A stretch of 35,411 nt of DNA from Kipferlia bialata (taxonomy: Eukaryota), in NCBI GenBank assembly GCA_003568945.1, contig BDIP01000019.1:10951-46361 (forward strand). The letters run 5' to 3'. The notes beneath the pieces are model-generated. The model was given only the letters and a program-made list of their open reading frames with translations. It ran no database searches and was not told the origin of the DNA. This document shows, one piece after another, positions 1 through 11,749 of the stretch (positions are counted from its first letter, which is position 1; every line of letters begins with the position of its first letter). Both the position numbers and the translations under genes were made by a program.

Positions 1-66
1 GCTCCTAGGTGGGGGCAGCTGAATTGTTCTTTGCTCATATCCCCCCCCCCCCCCCCTTGACCCCAG

Positions 67-325
67 GTGTGAGATCCTGCAGCTGGATGTCCTCAAGGTG
101 GAGCTGGTGCTGCCCACAGGCACTGCCCCTGAGACTGCAGCAGACACGGTGATGGAGGCTAAGGCAGAGACAGAGACAGAGACTGAGTCCAAGGCTGAGA
201 CAGAGACTGAGTCCAAGGCTGAGACAGTGGAGACCACTGAGTCTGTTGTGAGTGTTGAGCCCAAGGCTGAGGCAGGTGCAGAGGCCCTTGTGGCCAGTCC
301 AGCTGCCAAGAGGAAGCCCGAGTAG
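67..325 (+). CDS. Last exon of an unidentified gene; low-complexity E/T/A/K tail ending PAAKRKPE*
   Basis: Intron 9-66 (GT...TTGACCCCAG). Exon reads CEILQLDVLKVELVLP...AAKRKPE, TAG at 323-325. Confidence 0.75.
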
Positions 326-569
326 GCATGATACGCTATGCCTATCTAGGGTTTCAAAGCAGGCCAGGTTGCATGTTATGATAGTTGTGTGATGATAATA
401 GTATAGTGTAGTGTTGCAGTACAGTCATCGATGACCGATTCCATTTATTACTCGTTAAATTGTTGTGTGTTGATCAGTGAGTAGTCCAGTGTGTCTTTGT
501 GGATATGAAACGCAGTCGTGGGTATAGTACATAATCAACTGTGACGCATTTATGCAGCTGTCGCAGCCC

Positions 570-2855
570 CTATGTGAACATCCTGGTCAGCATCTGTATC
601 TCACTCATGCAGCCTGTGAGGCTGGATGTGCGTGCCTTGCTCCACATGCCCATGCACCAGGGGGGTAGGGTGGGGCAGGGGAGGAGGTCGAGGTTGGGGG
701 GGACCAGCCGAGGCAGCTTGAACCTGTATCAGTATCAGTATCAGTATCTAGTGATATAATGTATCTATATATCAGTATCTATGCACCTTGGCGTGGCGTC
801 CTCCCCGTCCTCTAGCAGTGCAGCCTGTACCACATCAGCCAGGGATGCGCCAGGGGTGTCGATGCGGCACAGCTCGATACCAGCACTGACTGCCAGTAGA
901 GAGAGGGGTAGGCCCTCCCATGGGGTGCCAGGGACTAGGTGGGCACGGAGGGCAGTCCTGCGTGTGAGGCGAGTATTCACTTCAAGCACAGTCTCAAGGC
1001 TCACTTAACAACCCATCCATACTCATCGCTTACCCACCTGCAGTACTGGACCAGTCTGAGTGAGAATGTGCCAGACACAGAGGCCAGAGAGGCATGGGCA
1101 TGGAGCAGGGGGATGACCTGGGGTGGGGGGAGAGGAGGGTACATACAGTAGAGTATCCACTGCTATAAGAGTGGCTGTCCCACCTTGTTGACCTCTCTCT
1201 TCCAGTCACATGCGTCCATGCCCCTGGGTATCACCAGCCCTGCACACTGGGACTGTAGGTACCGCATGGCACTGAGGACTAGGGGGGAGGTGACAGCAGC
1301 ACCGGTACCTGAGTGAGACAGTGTCAAGACTGAAAGGGATATATATATATACATCGGTGCCCACCTGCTGCCAGGAAGAGGTATGGCGGTAGGAAGGCTG
1401 CCAGCTCACAGGTGAGGGCCGGTGCCTGCCTGGGTATGCGGACTGCCCTCTGGGGCAGTGCCCAGAACAGGGGCATGGCCTCTCTGGCCCCCTGCCTCCT
1501 GGCCTGTGTGGGCAGGGGTACAGACGACACACCCACCACCTCGGGGACAGGGGTCTGGGGGGTAGGGGCGCTGGGGCCCCGCTCACTCCTGAGCACAGAG
1601 AGACAGGCTGCCACCAGACCCAGGGAGGGTAGGACGGAGCATGCCTTGGACACCACAATGGGGACAGGGGCACAGCAGTGCACAGATCTAGGGGGTGAGG
1701 GGGATATATATATATGCACTTTGACGAGTATCATTACACATATAACCACATGAAGCAGCACCCCCCACCTGACCACCTCAGCTGTGGGGTCTTTGAACGT
1801 GTTACGCACTGTGGTCTCTGCGAATGGGTTGAGGACAGGTATGACAGGTGGGGCATGAGATCCAGCCAGGTCCAACCAGTACATGTGGTTGGTCTTGGAG
1901 TATCTGGGTGGGTAGGGTGTGATATACAGGGGTGAGTGGAGGGTATACCACTTCTATACTATGCATAGCCCTACCTAGCCACCCGTCTGGCCATGATCTG
2001 CAGGGAGGCAGGCAGGGGGTGGTGCATGAACACATTGGCAGCACGGTCAGAACCCACAGCCTACGGTCAGGGCACACTTGCGTACTATGAGAATACCGGC
2101 ATGGAGTGAATAGTATCCGTATGGATGCATACCCCACCTTGAGATATGACCCCACCGCGTCGAAGACTGCCATGGCCATCCCCCCTGTGGACACTGTCTC
2201 TATGACATCAGACATGCCAGGGAGGGAGGGGGAGTGGAGGGCAAGGGCCACAGCTGACATCACCAGAGAGGATGTGTCAACGTGGGAGGCCCACACCTTA
2301 CAGAACCTGTAGGGTTAGATATCGGAAGGGTGTGCAATGTACGTGGATGTCTGTGTTGTAACTGCCACTGACCTGAGCCTGCCGTTGATGAGGGGTATCA
2401 GGTGCAGGATGGGTGGCTGGTAGAAGGCCTCCCCCCTCTCCGCCCTGCTCTTCTGTAGGGCACCCAGAGGGGTATCGGCCTCAGCTGCCTCCTCCTCCCC
2501 GTCTCTCCTGACATTGGCCACTGACAGACACCCAGTCAGAGACACTGAGGGCTCGGGGGTACTGGACAGGCGGCGTCCCTCCGGCATGGGTGGGTCTCTA
2601 TCTCTGGTGGACCGGCACATCTGGCTCTGTCGACCCTTGCTCTGGCTGCGTCGGGGGTCCCTGCCCCTCCTTGCCAGGTCCCTGCCCTTCTCTCTGTCCG
2701 TGTACACCTTGGCAGCAGGGGATATGGGCATGGCGTGGATGGACGTTATACGCTTGGACCTGTGCACTGGACGACGCACGGTGGGAGGCTTGGCCGACAC
2801 CTTGTCCTTGTTCTTAGCCCTGGCCGCATCAAGCTGGACGGCCTGGAGGGTAATG

Positions 2856-2890
<35 letters not shown>

Positions 2891-3023
2891 ATATATACAT
2901 CGCTCTGCACCCACCTTGAGACACCCATCCAACAGGGCCCCACTCAGGGTGCAGAGGGCCTCTCTGGAGCAGCCCTTGAGGAGGTGGGTGGCCAGATCAA
3001 GGAGCTTGTTGGCTCTGGTACTG
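570..3023 (-). CDS. Multi-exon hypothetical protein, 5' end missing
   Basis: Phase-consistent GT-AG exons, e.g. STRANKLLDLATHLLK, FCKVWASHVD...YLK, IMARRVAR, VIPLLHAH...YCR, TALRAHLVP...TPR, FKLPRLVPP...TRMFT*. No family recognised. Confidence 0.7.
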
Positions 3024-3070
3024 CTGGAGTGTAAGGAGAGACTCAGTATGTAATTCAAGGTGTGTGTGTT

Positions 3071-3113
3071 GGGGGGGGGGGGGGGGGGAAGGGGGGGGGG
3101 GGGGGGGGGGGGG
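3071..3113. repeat. Poly-G tract
   Basis: About 40 G interrupted by AA. Confidence 0.95.
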
Positions 3114-3198
3114 TCCTGTCTCCTGTGGATATACTATTGTATATACTATTGTATATATATATATATATATTAGTGTGTGTGTGTGACTGACGTCTTAG

Positions 3199-3910
3199 GG
3201 AGCAGAGGCTAGGCAGCCTCCAGGCAGAGGTCGAGCCCCTCCGGGCCCAGCTTGCCAGACTGACTGCCGCCCCCCATGCAGCCCCCCCGACTCCAGTGCC
3301 CGTGTCAGCGCAGGTGAGACCATAGGAGATCAGTATATATATATCTGGGTTATAGGGTATGCAGAGTGTAGAATATGTATGTGGGTGGCGAGTGTTGGGA
3401 TTCGTTGTGTGCTTCGGAATCGGAACCTAAAATCGTCTACAGTGTGTACTAACGCCGTCCTTCTCTGAGTCTTGCCGGATATATATATATATATATGTTC
3501 ATATCGACACTGATACTGATATCGATACTGAATGTGTCAACGGGATCTAGTCACAACACACTGGAGTATATGTGTATGTATGCATACTGATACTAATACT
3601 GATACTAATGGCCAGGTCCATGAGGCCGAGCTGGCTGCGGTGCGGGGTCTCTGTGACGCCAAGGCACGGGTGGTCGGGGAGATGAACGAGAGGGTGGAGA
3701 AGGTCAGTATCATTGTATGTAGTGCTATTGTGTGATTAGTTGATACGGATACGGATACTGGAGATATGGGTGGAGAAGGTAGGAGAAGGGAGGGGTCAGT
3801 GGGTGTGTATGTATTGTATGTATATACCATGTTCAGAGTATGGATGTCGGTATTGGTACAGTGTAGATTCCGATGCAGATACCGGTGTGGCTGGACATGG
3901 GTGGAGGTGG

Positions 3911-3955
<45 letters not shown>

Positions 3956-6271
3956 ATGTGGGTGACCCTGTGGCATATGGAGTGAGACACACTGTCAGGT
4001 TCTCTCTCTCTCTCTCCTCTCTCCCTCTCTCTCTCTCTTCCACTCTACCTCCCCACTGCTGCTACCCCCGTTGATATGACCCTGATGCCCCTAGGTCCGT
4101 GTCCGTCTCAGACAAGAGAGGCTGGGCATGGCCGACCTGCAGAAGGCCAACCTCTCCCTCAAGACCCAGGTATCCTAGATATACTATAGATATATTATAG
4201 ATATACACAGTAGATGGTTTATTGATGTATTGTAGATATATCATAGATACACTATATCATAGATACATGATTGATACATGATATGAACTATATTTGTTAC
4301 AGAGGCATATAGAAGCTATGAGAACCGGTGGACTCAGGCTGGGTGTAGACTTAGGACCTCGTTCCCCAGTGTATATATATGTATACATATGTATATATAT
4401 AGTCTCCCGTATAGTATTGCACTATTGATACATGCACTAACACATTGACATATATGTATATGTGTGTATTGTATAGTATATTAATAGTATTACACTAATC
4501 CATGCATACATGCATGCAGGTTACCCAGAGGGCATATTGTTTATGATGTGGTATGTGTAGTGTGTATGAGTAGTGTACAGTGCCGACCCTGCTCTCTGCT
4601 GACCCATGACACTGATACTGACACTGATACCAGGTGGCTGAGGGCCAGGCCAGGCTACAGGCACTGAGGCAGGAGGGAGGTGCAGCCCTGGTAGCGGCTC
4701 TCAAGGAGTCGGTCCAGAGTGCATCCAGGATGGCCGCTGAGGCTAACGCTAAGCTGCAGGCCGGGCAGGTCAGGATTCTAGCTATAACTACTGTATTTAC
4801 TCAGTACTGTAGTCAGTTTGCGGTATACGTGTATGTGTGGATATATTTACATACCTGTATGCATATCTATATACATATATATCTACAGATGTATATGGAC
4901 AGGGCCTCTGTCGGTGCTGATACTGATGCTGCCACTGATGCCAGGCCGACCTGAGACAGACGCAGGAGGTCAACGCGGCATACTCACATCTCTTGCAGGG
5001 CAACAACGCCGCAGCCGACCTGGTTAACACCCAGCACCTACTGGAGAAGTACAGGTGACAGGATTAGAGTGTACTCTATGTGTATTCTGATATATATATA
5101 TATAGAGAGAGAGAGAGATATACCATATATGTATGTATGAATATTAGTATTCATGTGGGTGTTGATGATAGTGATACCTTCGGACATGTACAGGTTGATA
5201 CAACTGACATCTGTGTGTATGCATATACTACTGGACAAGTACAGAAAGTGTATTCAGCATATGAGTATTGGTAGGGCGTGTGCTAGTGTGGTGTGTGATG
5301 ATGCTCAGTTAGACCGATGCTCACGATATACACTCCCTGCCCCCCACCCTCACTCCAGGGCCTACTTCCTCTGCCCTGTGTGCCGCAATGTGAGGCCCAA
5401 GGACACGGTGCTGCTCAGGTAAGAGTAGGAGAGGGGGACGGGGAGGGGGAGAGTGGCTGTTAATGGCATTCATACATATACTCTATATATGTATATATAT
5501 GCATCATGGGCAGTGTCCATATATGTAGACAGTGCGTACTCTGATCCCACCGTCACTGATGATGCTGGTACTCAATACGCTGATGGTGGTGGTAGTGATA
5601 CCGCGTGTCCTGACGTCTAGGAAGTGTGGCCATACCATGTGTGGGGCATGTGCCGAGTCCAACATCAAGACCAGGAACAGAAACTGTCCGTCGTGTGGCA
5701 CAAGGTGCGCCATAGCTGTGGGGTGCTGATACTGATACATATGTAGTGGTGGGTCTAACATTTATACCAAGCAGTGTCTCCATTTCATACTAATACCATA
5801 CTAATACCATACTAATACTATACTAATACTATACTAATACTATACTAATGCTATACTGATACTATACTAATACTATACTATACTAATACTATACTAATAC
5901 TATACTGATACTATACTGATACTATACTGATACCATACTAATACTATACTGATACTATACTAATACTCATACCAATGCTAGGATCGACATGGCTATACTA
6001 TACTATACTATACTATACAGTTATACCAAGCAGTGTCGTACCAATGATACCATACTCATACTCATGGTAGGATCGACAAGGCTGATATGTATCTAATATA
6101 CTAATATAATATAATATATCTATACTCATACTCATACTCATGGTAGGATCGACAAGGCTGATATATATCTAATATACTAATATAATATATCTATACTAAT
6201 ATACTGATACTCATGGTAGGATCGACAAGGCAGACGTCCTGCCCATCAGCTGGGCCGAGGCCAAGGAGTAG
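3199..6271 (+). CDS. BRE1: BRE1/RNF20-like coiled-coil plus C-terminal C3HC4 RING E3 ubiquitin ligase (5' partial)
   Basis: Exons 3199-3313, 3616-3702, 4095-4169, 4634-4768, 4945-5054, 5359-5418, 5621-5704, 6220-6271 join in phase. Coiled coil followed by CPVCRNVRPKDTVLLRKCGHTMCGACAESNIKTRNRNCPSCGTRIDKADV, matching the BRE1-type RING pattern (KD.Vl.kC.H.fC..C....tR.RkCP.C). Confidence 0.8.
5787..6215 (+). repeat. Intronic ATACT/ATACTA/ATACTG satellite with four copies of the last-exon acceptor junction
   Basis: TAG|GATCGACA(A/T)GGC at 5979, 6068, 6144 and 6217. Confidence 0.9.
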
Positions 6272-6585
6272 ACATGACTAAAGGGGCCAAGGAGTAGACG
6301 TCCAGCATGGTGTGATGTATATGGATGTGATATGTGTGTGTGTGTGTGGATGTACACAGTTTGGGAAAGCGTGGCCGTTTGAGAACTAAAACGGAAAGTG
6401 GATAAATGTACTACAATGTGAATAACTGGGAATAGCGGTTGTCACATTGAGTGTTTGTTTATGCCTCTATCAGCCGGTGAGATTCCATCTGTCTGAAAGA
6501 GTATCTATTGGCACCCTGACAATATTCAGACGCGTGTATATATGATATAGTAGCATATAGGTATTGGATGGGGTCATTCCCAGTG

Positions 6586-8385
6586 TCAGTACTGCTCGTA
6601 GACGGGGGCCGGAACCCCCTGCATGGCGTGGGATAGACAGGGTGGGGCGCCATCGATGCCATTGACCAGGGCAGTGCCATTGACCAGGGCAGTGCCGTCC
6701 CCAGACTGGGTCAGATATCAGGACTGGTATATCAAGGTGTCGTATATATGTGTATATATATATATGTCATCTAGGACGACCGAGTACCTCGGGGATGGAG
6801 ACGCAGGCAGTCGTGGGGTCCCTAAGCCTCCTGTTAGCAATGCGTACAGCAACCACCTGATGGGTGAGGGTCCCATGTATGTATCGTGTATCGCGTACTG
6901 ACACTAACACTGCCACCAGGCCCATGATACTGATACTCATACTGATACTCATACTCATACTGATACCTCGGCTGCCATGATGAGAAGGGCAATGCCCAGC
7001 ACTGTCTGGAGGTGAACCCCCAGCGGCAGGCGACAGTCCTCCCAAGTGCCGTACTCCGCACGGTGGATCTTGCAGTCTACACTCCTGTCGCTTTCCTGAG
7101 GTGGGGATACGATACGACAAGATAGATGTTGGTAGTGACTAGTAAATGTATACAGGGTGGATACTCAGGGGATATGTGAATGATAGATATGATTGATATG
7201 ATTGATATGATAGATATGATAGATATATACAGATAGGCTCTGAAGAGAGGGACGCGAGTATGTCTATGAGTATGTCTGTATATCTATACTACCTCCACAC
7301 TGGATGCCACATAGCACACCCCTGCCAGTGTCAGTAGACCCATGAGCACATACGCCATGACATTAGACGGGGCTCTGGAGTGCTCACGCTGTGATAAGTA
7401 GTGTCAGTGTATTGAATAGTATATGTGATAGATATAATTAGACATAGATATCTACCGTACAACACAGGCACGACTCATGCCCATCAAGACCTATGGAACA
7501 TGAATGAACTATATCTATACTGACACTTGTACCAGCACCGCCCCACCTGTGTGTGTGTCACGGCCCCCCTGGTTCGGTCTCTCATCCACACACACGTCAG
7601 CACAAGCAGACACACAACCGGGCTCACTGGGGGGAGGGAGAATTGGGGATTATATCCGTATTAGGAGGGGAGTACTATGTATTGCGGGTACTGATACTGA
7701 TACTGATACCCACCACAAATCCAGAGGCGGTCGCTCCTCGACGTCGACCAGCACCAGAGCACCTTGTACTCTATGCCATTTTCATCATACTCATACTCGG
7801 ATACCCCGGCTGCCACTGGGGTGAGAGGTATACTTACACTGACCCTGTGCCCTGAGTCGTATATAGATATAGAGATATGTGTAAGTGTGTACCTCAATGA
7901 GGTATCATCATGCATATATACATACATGAGTTGGATAGATGGACAGTGTCTTGTACCGCAGCAAAGACTTCAGAGACAGTATCAGTATCAGTATCAGTAT
8001 CACTGTGTATGGACACTGATACTGATACTGATACAACATAGACTTCACACACAAGTATATAAACAAGTATGTATACAAGTGTGTATACAGTATGTATACA
8101 AGTATGTACACAGTATGTACACATAGTGTATACAAGTATGTCTTCCCACCTGCTAGAACTAGGACTGCGATCCATGTGTACTCTATCAGCTGGATGATGG
8201 AGCTCTTTACACCCTGCTGTGAGACAAACTCTGTAGGTGACAAGTACTGTCCGAAAGGAGTCTGATGAGTAGAAGAGTACGAAACCAAGTATATATAGTG
8301 GATGCCCCACCTGATACAGGGCTCTTCGAGCTGCCTGGTCGGCGGCAGACATTGGGACCACTTGGGTAGGCTGGGGTTTGGTCAT
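6586..8385 (-). CDS. Multi-pass (about 4 TM) membrane protein of unknown family, about 270 aa
   Basis: Spliced: MTKPQPTQ...LYQ|TPFGQ...YTWIAVLVLA|VAAGVSEY...LWCWSTSRSDRLWIC|VSPVVCLLVLTCVW...|VLMGMSRACVVR|APSNVMAYVLMGLLTLAGVCYVASSVE|ESD...WEDCRLPLGVHLQTVLGIALLIMAAE|VVAVRIA...PE|SGDG...EQY*. All phases are consistent. Confidence 0.7.
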
Positions 8386-8746
8386 TGTCTTGGGGTTAAG
8401 TAGCTTGCGGGTCGGGCGGCTCGAAAGGCACGCACACATGGGTGAGAGATAGTATTGCGAAGTCTGGCGAATGCTCTGGTCATATGATGGTTGCAAGATG
8501 GTATGTCATGAGGCCTTCTATTGCACTAAGCATTATAGTATAGTTGGATCGGACAAATGGGGAATAGATATTATCTGCAACCATCTCTACAAGACAAGAC
8601 CTCGTACTATTATCCATGTCGAACTACCCTTGCCCTGCTAGACAGTAGACTTATCTATATATCTCTGGAGACACTGGTAATCAGAGGTCAACATCCCTGG
8701 CCAGAGCATTCCATAGTTACTCTGCAGCCGTTGGTAGTCAATCTAC
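8386..8746. promoter_or_regulatory. Probable bidirectional promoter (361 bp) between the 4-TM and VTT genes
   Basis: Divergent inferred ATGs at 8385 (-) and 8747 (+). Confidence 0.45.
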
Positions 8747-11325
8747 ATGGAGAATCCCGCCACACATGCCCCTCTAGGCCCTACCCTGGGGACCAAGGGG
8801 TACACGGCCATAGAGGGGTACAATGCCATACGACCCCCCAAGGCGGGCACACCCAAGGGCAAGGAGGACTGGAGGGTGGGGGGGGATAAGTGCTAATGTG
8901 TTCACGTCTGATACTCTTATATCTCTTTACGCCAGCGTCGCCTACCCTTACTGCTCTCTATCGCGGCAGGAGTGGTTCTGCTGGTTCTGGTGGGACGCCT
9001 AGTGGCAAGGTAGCAAGTGTCTGTATCTATACACACTGACACTGATACTGATCTCTATATGATTCATGGTTGAGTTTCTTCTCAGTCTGAGATTCTGAGA
9101 GATGTCCATTACTACTTTTGAAAACGTCCGAATGGTCTCATAGACTATGGCTTCCATAGAGTAGTTTGATGGCACTGCATTGCTAACAATTTCCCCTCAC
9201 TTGTAGGTCAGGGGTGTGTGTCGCCGTCCTGCGCTGGCTGGAGACGCTCCCACCCTCCATCGCACTACCTGTGTCTGGCATGTGTATTGCCCTTTGTGTG
9301 CTACTATCACTGCCCAGCACCCCTCTTAACATAGGTATCTGTATCATTCACATATGTACAAGTATCGATGACACAGGTATATTCCATTGCTTGTGTCCCT
9401 GTGTCATCTACACTTTCTTTCCGTGTCTCTATCGGTCTCCGTTACCTCAGAAGTCGTCCTTCTCAGGCTCATTATCAGTGTATCATTATCAGTGTATTTG
9501 TCTCTATATCAGGGTCTATTACGACTCTACCCTCAGGTGTGGGCTTCCTATTCGGCAGGACACAGGGCCTACTAACGGTCTGGACTGGCGTTAACGCAGG
9601 TAGTTGGTAGATTGTAGACTACATCATGTAGACGATGCCCCTCAACATCATGCAGATTATGCCTCTCAACAGACTGTAGGAGCCACCGCGGCCTTCGTTC
9701 TGGGCCGCACCCTGCTACGGGAGAGGGTGTCTAGGGTGACAGACAGTAGCCCCGTGCTGCACAGGCTGCAGACTGCCACGCTGTGCGTCAGTCTGGTGGC
9801 CATCCTGAGGTGATGAGTAGTATCAATGAGTACTCATGGTTCCAGTAGTCGTCCTAATCTATCCATCACCACCTGATATAGATGAGATATTGTGGTATTT
9901 GTACAGACGTTGACACGTCACAACTCCTGGACCTCTGTCACCTCACGCCTAGGATATCACCCATGGCCCCCTTTCCCTGGCTGAACTACGCCCTGGCCGT
10001 GACAGACGTCCGCGTCAGAGGTGACACACTGACACTGACACTCTTTGTCAAGACGTGCAGAGCATATAGTTGTACTGTCACACACTGCATGTCACTCACT
10101 ACAATTTTACTGTCACTATATGTGATACTATTTTCACCCGTCCCAGGCTATCCTCGACTGATACTGGTACTGAAACTGGACTGTGTGTATATATACATGT
10201 GCTAATGACGACCAATAGCCTGTGACATGTTGTACACGCACCCCTACTCACGGTGAGTAACTCACCCCAGACTACGTTCTCGGCACGGCGGTGGGTACAC
10301 TGTCGGGGTGTGTGCTGTGGGTGTTCATAGGGGCAGGGCTGGCAGCCGGGGCAGGTTCGTATACTTGCGTGGTACCCGTGTGAATGTAGACAAATACTAT
10401 GTTAGTCAAATATCATATTTGTCAAATGTGTGGTACGTGTGATCCCTCATCTCGTGTCCTATTTATGTCCCACGATTTCAGTGTCAGTGTCAGAATCAGT
10501 ATTCCTCAGTATTCCCTAACCGGCAGGCTCGGGTCCGTCCGACCATTTGGATGACACTTCCTACGCACTCTGGGGCAGTCTTGGTCTGAGTGTGGTGGCA
10601 GCGGTAGGGGGTTGTGGATATGCACCTGAATGTGCATGTGACCCCACTTCTAAGATAGAATGTGTACTATTCTATCGACTATGCACTTTGTCTCTCCTTG
10701 ACCCCAGGTGGCTCTGTCCATCTGGGCCAGCAGGCATGTGGCTCGTACACTCGCAGATGTTAAGGTGAGGGCGGGTGTTCTCAGTTGTTGTCGTTATAGT
10801 ACAACTTGCACTCTCAGGTTTTGGTGTTAGATCAAGTGAATGAATCTGTCTTACTTCTTAATCGGATATTCCGTTTCACAAAATCATGATGATCTGATGA
10901 CTCACAATTAGCAGCGCCAGGTTCCTGACGTCTTCCTAGATCCAGTGTCGTCTCCGCTGACACGCATGTCTCCCGTCTGCCACTCCCCAAGGGCCCCACT
11001 GGGAGAGGTGGAGAGAGAGGTGGGGATAGAGGTGGGGAGAGAGGTGGGGAGAGAGGTGGGGAGAGAGGTGCAGCCTATGGAGGGTGCTGTATCGACTGAG
11101 CAGGACAGGATGTCAGGACCTGAGTCAGGTCGTCGTGTGAAGTCCGCCACGCTCTCTTCCGTGTCTGACTCGCTCCCTACTGATACTCCGGATGCACCTC
11201 GTCCTGATGCACAGCCAGCGGCATCTGACCCCATCGATGCCCCGGGAGGGGATAGTGAGGCAGAAAGGAGAACCCCAGATGGACTCATGGTCACACCTCT
11301 CTCTCTCTCTCTCCTAGGCCACTGA
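8747..11325 (+). CDS. TVP38/TMEM64-like SNARE-associated (VTT/DedA domain) membrane protein
   Basis: Spliced: MENPATH...|RRLPLLLSIAAGVVLL...|...LSLPSTPLNI|GVGFLFG...VNA|GATAAFVLGRTLLR...AILR|ISPMAPFPWLNYALAVTDV|DYVLGTAVG. These are hallmark VTT motifs. The low-complexity tail and exact 3' end are uncertain. Confidence 0.88.
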
Positions 11326-11749
11326 TACTGATACTGAGAAATAGATTGTCATTCTGACCCTTAGGCGATAACTAGAGAGGTCTTTGCTAGAATAGAGCCA
11401 CAGTCTATTGAATACTGGTCTACTACATATATCACCCAGTACTAACTCTTTGATTCCAAAGTGAGAGACTATACATGGACCCCAGACGTTACCGACCCAG
11501 ACCCGTACGAGTGCAGAGAGAGTGCAGAGAGAGTGCAGAGAGAGTGCAGAGAGAGTGCCGAGCAGAGAGTGGATGGAGTTGGCCACCGGGACCATCACCA
11601 TCAACAGGAGACCCAACAATTAATGTGATACATCATCTATGTATAACCAGTACACAAATGAGGGTATTTTGACGCAAAGTACCATGTCCAGATACTTTTA
11701 TACTAATATCAGTACAGAGGTAATCTATATTTATACTTGCATCTGACGC

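Noticed and set aside
3532..4074. ORFs with YIYI/CICI/HIHI repeats here and throughout
   Set aside because: Translations of intronic microsatellites or antisense shadows of real exons.
5970..6235. CRISPR-like repeat-spacer appearance of echo arrays
   Set aside because: Repeats are copies of eukaryotic splice junctions, spacers are microsatellites, and there are no cas genes.
7546..7817. WCW loop suggesting a cAMP-receptor-like GPCR
   Set aside because: Only about four TM segments are recoverable from the spliced gene; 7TM is not supported.
7979..8034. MITE with terminal inverted repeats
   Set aside because: Arms are simple hexamer repeats, with no target-site duplication or second copy.
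6657..11560. Short tandem repeats (18-mer at 6657, 12-mer at about 11010, 9-mer at about 11510)
   Set aside because: Ordinary slippage repeats in low-complexity tails or intergenic DNA.
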